From the NCBI GenBank assembly GCA_023515725.1, contig JALDTO010000057.1, positions 62,001-126,000 on the forward strand: a stretch of 64,000 nucleotides of DNA, in the 5' to 3' direction. Shown here in pieces: positions 54,923-64,000 of this stretch (position 1 is the first letter of the stretch; every line of letters begins with the position of its first letter). Below the pieces are notes generated by a model. That model was not told where the DNA came from, did not search any database, and saw only the letters and a program-made list of their open reading frames with translations. Made by a program: the position numbers and the translations under genes. This stretch comes from Amoeboaphelidium protococcarum X5. Lineage: Eukaryota > Fungi > Aphelidiomycota.

Positions 54923-56557
54923 CTAACCCACTTCTAAATTGATGCTTCTGCATTCATCGAAGAGTATGCTTATGACCCTGCTGATATACCACACGAAGCC
55001 TATTTTGGCCTCAAGGTCGAAAAAAAGTCTTTTTGCGCTGACTGCACTGTCCTTGTCTACCACGACTCTGCCCGTAAAGACCATGGCTCCCATATTGTTA
55101 CGCAGGTTGACGCGCAAACTATCTATTAGGGTATGCAGAACACTTCTTACTTCCGTGTAGCTATCCCTGATGTCACCACAGCTATTGCTGCAGCTGACGC
55201 CAAAATACTGTAGATTCATTCTTCATCGTCCTCCTCACTTTCAAAGATCAGATTGCCGATGTGATCCCGGATTGGAATAAAAATACTGTTCTCAAGGACC
55301 ATCTCCAGAATCTGTCTGTTAAGTATTACACCAGGCTACGCCAGCAGCGCCTTAGCCTTGCCAGTATATTGCTCATTCTATTTAGCAATCTCTTCGTGCA
55401 GTTCTTTCTACCGCCCTGCCCAGTCTGCATTGGTGATTTTCCCTTCACGATGCTCTTGTAACTTGACACGCCACTGAAGACATTTCTTACTGGATCAGCC
55501 CTGCCAGCTGCCACCATAAATTTGCCTTATACCTCCACTCTATACATGAGAGCAGCTATGTACACTGCCAGTTCACTGATTACATGAGATTTTGCAGCAG
55601 CTACAGACGAAGCAGAGAAGCCCAGATTTTTGCAGCAATCCAACGCGTCCACCACGTCGTGTTAGATTGCAGTCGTGAGCACGAAAAACGGAGCATAGTC
55701 AAACTTGCCGACATCGACACGGCGCAGGCTGCCAAAACCCCAAGTCAACTCAGATTCGGTATTGACGTGCTTGATAAAGACTACTGCATCATCAGCCTAG
55801 CGTTGCTTAAACCTTAAGACGCGTTACTACTCCCTACTCGCACTTTCACGGTCGCTCTTATCTTCTGTGTCGACGGCCAGAGATTACTAAGTGGATGGTT
55901 CGACAGCAGGATGTGAGGTAGCAGGCGTGGGCAAATTTGAATGTGGATTGGACTCTACAGTATTAACAAACCAGCACGTGACAGTTGTAGACCCTCTTCT
56001 GGCTGCACTGCTTCTTGCTACTCTACCTCGTGCTGCAGCCGCCAGTCGAATTGAGGCAAGTCACTGGAATCATCACTACTTTGGAAAGTATCCTCCCCAG
56101 ACGAAGAATCATCCTCTTCCATCTGGTCCTCTTCCATCGATTGCTGTTCCTGCTCAGCATCAGCCCTGCCATCTTCTAGACTCACATGGACCGGTCGATT
56201 CGATTAATCAGCAACACTTCTAGGAGCCTGGGCAAAGTCTGATGGCTTTCTTGCCCTTCCCCAATTCTACCTGTGGGTCTACCCTTCAACTTCGTCAGGA
56301 TTGGGAATAGGATCAGCTGCAGCCGCTGTGGAAGTCGTAGCCTGCATGAATGCCACGTCTCTCCCAAGTCTTTCTGCTATCAAGGTGCTGTTATATAGAC
56401 GCGTGTCATCAGACGCAGATGGGGCTTCCTGAGGATTTTCGCTAAACTGCGGATACACATTCCATGTACTTGCTGCCCACTTGCCCGCCTGTTACTGGAC
56501 AGGGAAGATGTGACTTCTGCTATAATGCCATAATGGAGTATTTACAACTTGATCCAT
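54923..56557 (-). pseudogene. Frameshifted hypothetical gene with acidic low-complexity N-terminal half
   Basis: Protein-like segments (MDQVVNTPLWHY..., EQEQQSMEEDQMEEDDSSSGED, AKSHVISELAVYIAALMYRVE) lie in different frames. Confidence 0.4.
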
Positions 56558-56636
56558 CGTGACAGTGATTGGAGTTTGGAGCAGACTGAATATTCCAAGA
56601 AGATCCAGATTGTTACAACCACAAAAAGACGTTTGA

Positions 56637-56710
56637 TTCGTCACAACGGTCATTCGTCACAGCATTACTGGTAGTGTAAAAAGTTGATGGAGTCACAATG
56701 TCTCGTCACA
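56637..56710 (+). repeat. Clustered (TC)GTCACA motifs, candidate MULE subterminal repeats
   Basis: TCGTCACA three times plus AGTCACA within ~75 nt, ~400 nt upstream of the OTU-MULE ORF. Confidence 0.45.
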
Positions 56711-57092
56711 TAGTATTTATTACCGCTATGAATGCATAAGATGCCAATTTAGTTCAATTTTGAATGCAATTTTTTACATCTGATTTTACCAGTAATTTAA
56801 TTAAGGCGTTTTGAAGACAGTTAATACGACTGTTCCCTAATGTAATTATCACGGTCCGAACTATTGCATTCAATTGGCTGAGTTCTAAAGCTTACAACTC
56901 AGAGCTCTGAAATGATTAAGTTCTTTTTTGATTTACAGCTGTAGTTGACTCTTAAAGATTGTGCAAGCTTTGATTGTTTCATAGAGTTACATCGTTTCCA
57001 TCTAATGATTGCGCATTGAGCGTTTCGCGAACTCCTTTGTTTCAACTACCATAACTAGTCTGATAAAATTACTCAAATTTGCAGTGTATAAT

Positions 57093-60000
57093 ATGGTTGG
57101 TACAAGATCATAAATCTATCCGTTAAAGCAAATTAGTGCGACTCAAGCATCGAAGAAGAAGTAGAAGTTAAAGTTGAAAGAAAGAAATGTGTATGAGTAT
57201 GCAGAGAAAGAGAACAATGCTTCGTGCGCTAATGAAATCAAGAATGTAGTCGAATCCGTTATTGCTGGGTTCTCCGCTGAAGAGCAAAAATGCATGTCTA
57301 CTTTGGATGTATTAGGCGACGGCAATTGCTTGTTGAGAGCCATTTCTTAAGGATATCATGGAGATGAGAATCGTTACATGAACATTCGCGAGATGGCTGC
57401 TAAAGAGTTGAAAGAGAACTGGTCCTATTACAAAACTGATCGTGGATTGAATGATTTTGAGTTGACAGAGAGTTTAAAACAATTGAGCAACGATAGGCAA
57501 TGGTATGGCACAGAGGAGTTAGAATTTATTGCAAATGGTATAAAGGCTGTGATAATGCTGTACATCAAAACTCGTCAGCTTAATGATGGAATGAACATTA
57601 AAATCAACGCTTAGAGATTAGATATACCTTCTAGACATGTGTGGAATAAAGATATTGTCTATCCTATTATTTGTATTACTTGGGATAAAGTTGAAACAAG
57701 TGTTCACTTTCAATCTGTTCAACTGAATGGGGTGCGTCCACGTCTACTAAGCTTTGATAATGTTGTTCCTATAAAAAAGAGAGCTAATATGGATGAGTTT
57801 TGCGCGTTTTTGTAGAGCTAATATCTTCCAATTCTAGAGTACAATGCATATGATGATAATATTTAAAGAGGTATTGCAAAATTTCTGAAAGATTACATTC
57901 CTACTCCTGGTGTTGATCCGGCTGATTTTGTTCAGATGGCTGTTAATTACATGGTTTAGGAACGGGATTTTAACGGCTCTCGAAGAGTCATGGTGCATTC
58001 TTCTAACTTGAATAAAGTTGATGAAGTTTGGAATAAGTGTAACGAGTCCTAGTCAATGTCCGATGCTAATCTGCTGCTAGATATAAGCAAGTAAGCTGAC
58101 GGCCAGAAAAAAAGCGAGTAGACAGGAGCTGGTGATCAGAATGTGAAAGAAAGTGGCGCCCAATAGGAGGTGGCGTCTATTGTTTCAGTCGTCGATCCAT
58201 TGAAACAGTTAGTTAAATCGGAAGGTCATGAGCACATTGAAGAATCTATCATATCTACCCAAGATGTGACTTCTCATCATGAATCTGCATAAGAATATAC
58301 TACTGTTGTCTAAAATGCTCGTCTCAAAGCTAACAATGACGAAGAGCCGGCAGGTGCTATCACTGGTATATACGATGATGGTTCTGAGTTCTTCTAAGCT
58401 TCAGACTCTGAGGTTTCAATGCCGAAATCTTAGTCTAGATTCAGTGTGGACTCTGAAACTTTGACTGTAACGACCGTAGAAAAATTTAGTAGGAAACGAA
58501 AGAAGATTGCATCGTCGTAAGTATTGCCATCTTCATCAGGAATTACATTCAAGGTGAATAAAAGCTAAATTGCTGAATTGCTGATGTAATAGTTGAAAGA
58601 GTAATTTGATATAGAAGATTTTTTGACAATGTTAATTAATGCATCTGTTGGTAAGGGTGCGATAAATAAGTAGTCGTTGAAGAAGAAATCGCGTAAGCGT
58701 GAATAGCCACCAGATTCTGTTGATAGCGATTTTGAGTCATGCTCATAGTCTTCTAACTCTATTTCAACTGATAGTTCCTCTATCTCTGGAGATTCTACTT
58801 CTGATGACGCGTTAATTTAAGGCGTTAGTCTACGCAGTATTTCTAAGATATCATCAACGCGTCTGATGCCCAGAATATAGAGCAAGCCTACTCAGCATTA
58901 TTTAATCACGATTCCAGTACTCGTGGATTTATTATCAAGAAGAATGGAAGCTACAAGAATGCCTAGTATGGAAAAATTAAATAATAGTGTGTGAATTGTC
59001 TGGCAGTAGAAAGTCAGTACTGTAGCAGCCTATCAGATAAACTGCAAAGTACTCAAAGCTGACTTAATATCCTTTTTAGTTGGCGGTCTCTTATAACGAT
59101 CTGACTGTTATATCCGTGTCAAATGGTCATAGCCATTCACCGTACACCTAAGATGAGGTGAGATTGAATCCAAATTACGTTAAGCAAATGTCGCAAAAGG
59201 CTTCTGGAAAGTTTGATGTTGATGGAGAAATCTGCTGTCTGTATAGAGCTGGTACTGGTGCGGCTTCAATTATGGCGATAGTCAAACGAAAAGTTGAAGC
59301 TGGCTGGTTCTAATCATCAGCTTAACGCGCAGTAGATTGCTTACAAGATTCGCTAGAAGTGCCCAGAGAGTACCCCATAGTCTGCAGAAGACGTTAGAAT
59401 ATTCTTATAGTAGAAGAGTGAGTCTGAAAATTGGATAACTGAGTGCCGACTTGATTCAGAGCATAGATTGCATTCCATTTACTGGCTTACACTTCAGATG
59501 ATTGAATCTCTATAGAAGTTTGGAGATGAAGTAGTAATTGATACAACTTACAACAAGAATAATTTTTATATGATTTTAGCTATTGTTGTTGTGCAAGACT
59601 AAGATGGCCGATTACGATTCGGTGGAGCCGCCCTGCTGTCAAAGGAGGACTCTGCGTCATTTTCTGCTTTCATATTTTGGATGCGAGAGAAAGCTGACTG
59701 GAACCCTTCTACTGTCTTTACAGATGGTGATTTAGCTCTCGCTAATGTTCTAGACTCTATATCTGGAGTCAATCACTATCTATGCATGTTTCATTTAAGG
59801 TAGAATCTGGCTCGTCATTGTCGCAAGCTAGTTGCAAATTATTATGCATTCGAGCATGAGTTCATCCGTTTGTCACATATTAGAGATGTAAACCAATTCC
59901 GGCGTTAATGGGAGTAATTGCTTTCGGATTATCCGCAATGCTCTGCATATCTAAAACGCGCATTGGGCGGGCGTAATATGAAGAAGTGGCCTAAATGGGC

Positions 60001-60631
60001 GATGAGCTCGGCTTTCACGTTAGATTTGACGAGTACCTCTAGGGCAGAGAGTCTCAATTCTGTGTTATCTAGATTACTTAATGCAAAAAGTAGAGTCACT
60101 AAAGTTATAACATAGATTACATCCCGCTAATTAAAGTTCGATTATGAGCATTCATCTGTTTGGCGCTAAAAGGATGTGAGTAAAACCAAGCAATCTTTAA
60201 ATAGATACTTTAGTAGGTTTGGAGAGCTATTCTCAAAGAGCATTCTCGATTTGTATACCAATTTTGCGCTAAATCTGGTTCTGGTTTAAATGGGCGATGC
60301 TGCTATGTTTTATCGCTCTGTGTCTCCTCATGGTAATTAAGTGACTTTAGTTTAGCCATCTGAAGTTTTTCTGTCTGATGCCTAGGACGATATTTAAAGT
60401 GGTCATTTTGATGATGATGGAGTTCTATTATCTACCGAAGTATCAAATGTTGAGTCTGTTATATCTATCGCTCATAACGTTTCTGGTAAAATTAATACCA
60501 TCTCCGTGTATGATGATGGCACTTATATATCCACCTGTCGCTATGAGACTAATAAAGGATTGTCATGTCGTCACGTATTGGCAGTACCTTACAGACATTA
60601 GTCTTACGTAGAATAGATTTATTTAGTATGA
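57093..60631 (+). mobile_element. Mutator-like (MULE/FAR1) transposase with N-terminal OTU protease domain; frameshifted
   Basis: OTU VLGDGNCLLRAISQ..WYGTEEL..VHFQSV; FAR1-like segment ~58860-59140; DDE core FGDEVVIDTTYNKN, VFTDGD, HYLCMFHLRQN, TSTSRAESLNS; SWIM-like TCRYETNKGLSCRHVLAV; frame changes ~58850-59330. Confidence 0.88.
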
Positions 60632-60791
60632 AAAGAAAGATAAATACAGATCTCATAGTGATATAAAGGTTCAGATGGTAGTAGGAGAAGCTAATACAAC
60701 CGCCAGACTGTACAGTATACTTAATCTGATTGGCGCTGTTGTAATCAAAGAGCTCTGAAAATGGCCAAATTCTATTCTACAGAAATACAAA

Positions 60792-61683
60792 ATGAATTTA
60801 TCAAGAGGAGATCGATGAATCAAAAGCAGCAATTGTAGCTACTTAACAAGAAATCAATGTAGCAAAACAGAAGGTGGAGGAAGCAAGGCTGCGACTGGAA
60901 AAGGCTATAGTAAAAACTGAAATTTTGGAGTCAAAAGCACTGCTGGAATCCGCCACTGCTTAGCTCACCAGCCTGCGCAAAATAAATGACAGATTGATGG
61001 AAAAGAAGATTATTCTTTTAAGCAAACTGGCGTCTATATCAAACGGTACGTTTTTATTGATTCTGGGTATTCTAATTGTGAATGATTCATCTAGTTTTGT
61101 AGAAGCTAAAGAATTTTCAGTAGCGTCGTACTATTCGTGTCGCTGACGGTCAAACAGTGGGATTTGTGCATCTGGCAGGCATGTCAATCGGCTTAAAAAT
61201 CCAATGAAGAAGATCAGGTAAGCACTGCTACGCCGAGATAAATGTTGTGTTGCTACGGGAGAGCAATATCATATAAATTTAACGGCTGCACACATCGTCC
61301 CTCTGAACTAATCACAGAGGATACCTGGCGAACAGCTTTATTCACCTAAGAATGGTATTCTGCTGAGGAAAGATTTGGAATAAAGTTATGATTTGTTTCA
61401 GTGGATGTTTGAGGCTGACGGGCGCGTGATTGTTTTGTATGAGCATTGGATTTATCGAAATAATATTAAGCACTTGAATATATCTTCCGACCCTGCGACG
61501 AAACCGTCAGCGGATCATATCTAAATTCATAACGAACTTGCTAGAAGCAGAAAGGCCGATTGTTGGAAATTGGTGGGAAGGAGCAATACTCATCAGAAGG
61601 AATCATGTGAATATTTGGCGTTTGATGATGACGCGAGCATTGACTCTACAGATGATGATGATGATGAATAAAGAAGTCATTGA
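60792..61683 (+). pseudogene. Coiled-coil plus HNH_2 endonuclease (Crinkler-effector-like), disrupted
   Basis: LLRRDKCCVATG..LTAAHIVPL..SPKNGILLRKDLEQSYDLFQW; N-terminal coiled coil; ATG 60792 out of frame and TGA at 61144. Confidence 0.72.
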
Positions 61684-61970
61684 TATACATGTAACAGAAT
61701 GAACTTGCAGAAGAGCAGAAAGGCAGTGAAGATCAGAACGAAAGAAGTTGCTAATGATTAGATCAATGTTGAGGATGAGATAGTTGCCTTGATTAAATAG
61801 AGTATTTTTGCATGTGTTACATTGAATTGTTCGTTCGGCGGATTCCTTTCGGTGTTTTCGTTTCGCTCTATTTTCTCTCAATCTTCATCTCTGCAGCTCT
61901 TCATCAGCGAATCAATTCAAGGAAGCAAGTAATACATTCAAAAACATAGTAGAAAATCAATAGTAACAAA

Positions 61971-63389
61971 ATGACCAAGTCTAAAGTTTCATACTTTTAC
62001 GATGTCGAGGTGGGAAATTATCATTATGGTCCGTGGCATCCAATGAAGCCGCACCGGATTCGAATGACACACTCGCTCCTGCTCAACTATGGTCTCTATC
62101 AGAAGCTGGACATTATACGCCCGCGCAAGGCCACTGTGAAGGAGATGACCAGATTCCATTCTGACGAGTACATTGACTTTCTGTACCGCGTGACTCCGGA
62201 GACTTAGAATCAGTTTGTCAAGGACTAGCACAAGTATAATGTGGGAGAAGATTGCCCGGTGTTTGATGGTATTTTTGAGTTTTCATCCATTAGTGCTGGT
62301 GGTTCTATACAAGGTGCTCAGCGACTCAACAGGGGAGACTGTGATGTGGCTATCAATTGGGCTGGTGGATTGCATCATGCCAAGCGAAATGAGGCTAGTG
62401 GCTTTTGTTATGTGAACGACATTGTGCTAGCTATTCTGGAGCTGTTAAAGTACCATTAGCGCGTCTTGTACATTGACATTGACATTCATCACGGAGATGG
62501 TGTGGAGGAGGCTTTCTACACTACGGACAGAGTTATGACGGCGTCCTTTCACAAGTTTGGCGAGTACTTCCCTGGGACTGGTGACCTGCGTGATATTGGA
62601 CATGGTCGCGGTAAGAATTACTCTGTCAATTTCCCACTCAGAGATGGTATTGATGACCAGTCCTACAAGTCTATATTTGAGCCGGTTATTCAGGCAATCA
62701 TGGACTGGTATAGACCGACGGCTATTGTGCTACAGTGCGGTGCAGATTCCCTGGCTGGGGATAGACTCGGCTGCTTTAATCTGTCTATGAAGGGACATTC
62801 GCAGTGTGTAGAATTTGTGAAAAAGTTTGGCGTTCCCGTAATGTTACTAGGTGGCGGTGGATACACTATACGAAATGTGTCCAGAGTGTGGGCGTATGAG
62901 ACTGGTTTGGCTATTGACACTAAACTGCCATAAGAGCTACCGTACAATGATTACTTTGAGTACTTTGGTCCGGACTTTGTACTGGATGTGCCGTCTAATA
63001 ATATGGACAATCTGAATACTCGAGAATATTTGGAAAAGACCAAGAACATTATACTGGAAAATTTGAGGCACATTCCACATGCTCCATCCGTGCAGTTGCA
63101 GCCACTAGTTGCCGACAGTTACAATGACGCGTTGGAGGAGATTGCAGAGGCTCGTGAGCGTAATGCTGATGAAAGAATTTCCATTATGGATAGTGACAAG
63201 CGGGTGGTGAGAGATGATGAGTTTTCCGACTCTGAGGATGAAGGAGATGACAGGCGAGATGTGTAGTCGTTTAAGGATGGTGTCGATTCTTCTAGTGTCT
63301 AGTCTGTTAAAGAGGACAAGAAGGTTAAGGATGCGGCGCTGATGAATGAGTATGGCGATTTGCTTGACGATACTATGGACATTGAATGA
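61971..63389 (+). CDS. RPD3: Class I histone deacetylase Rpd3/HDAC1
   Basis: [58 protein letters not shown]; one frame to TGA 63387. Confidence 0.97.
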
Positions 63390-64000
63390 CTTTTGTGGTG
63401 TGTCCTCTTATGTAAGTTACTTCTACAGTATTATGGTTCGTTTTGAAGCTTTATTTGGCGTCTTTCCTCTTTCTCTCTTTGCTGAGCTGATTTACAACTT
63501 GTCTCTACTTGAGATATCACCTTATGTACTAGTTCGGGATGTCTCGCAGTAATCAGAGACTAATGTATGGTGATTTCTTTATTTACAGGGCCCAAAAAAA
63601 TTGAGTTGCATGACAGACGAGTATAAGGGGAGAAAGTGCATTTTATTATTATTAAAATTCTCCTCAGCTAGGCATAATCAAGTACGACTAAACGTTAATG
63701 AGCAATTAACTTTTGATATGTGCAGAGCATTGATAGTGTAAGCGCAGTCTTTAGACAAACTGGCAGTGACATTCTTCTGGGAACAAAGGCCCGCGCTTCA
63801 CATGGTCGATATCCTTAATGTCGGGGTGAGGATCACAACAAGCGGAAGCAGAAGAAGAGTCTGTAGAAGCTAAGACAGATGAGGCAGAAGAGATCCGGCA
63901 GATGAATACCACTATTTAGAGGACGACTACTTACACACATTTAACGTCTTTATCTCAGTATAACGCGTTCACCTCATTGGATAGCACCTTTACCATCTTA

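Noticed and set aside
63600-64000. Possible gene fragment at the right edge (acidic EAEEESVEAKTDEAEE stretch on +)
   Set aside because: No consistent start or recognisable family, and truncated by the window.

Overview
Gene-dense eukaryotic (fungal-relative) genomic DNA with short GT-AG introns. It uses a non-standard nuclear code: TAA/TAG encode Gln and TGA is the only stop (table 6). The supplied ORF track therefore fragments almost every gene. The code plus the fungus-like gene content points to the aphelid Amoeboaphelidium protococcarum or a relative (inference). Re-translated by hand, the window holds about 35 ordinary genes (including CSTF1, MDM10, septin, ACOT8, TIM17, CDC50, a Rim15/Greatwall-type kinase, QNG1, EBP, LETM1, SVF1, RRP9, RPN7, RPB2, RPD3) and two tRNA genes. 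A decayed island at ~52.7-61.7 kb carries an OTU-bearing MULE transposon and an HNH pseudogene. The most notable system is a code-6 Fanzor2-like (eukaryotic TnpB) RNA-guided nuclease locus at ~23.2-26.0 kb, which lacks the usual zinc finger and has a candidate pseudoknotted omegaRNA downstream. A second, internally deleted copy at ~8.5-9.7 kb has a ruined nuclease ORF, but its omegaRNA scaffold is 86% identical and carries a different putative guide. A TRIM-like RING-Bbox-Bbox-coiled-coil gene and an RPB2 with substitutions in near-invariant motifs also merit checking. Coordinates come from manual reading; start codons and exon boundaries are approximate.
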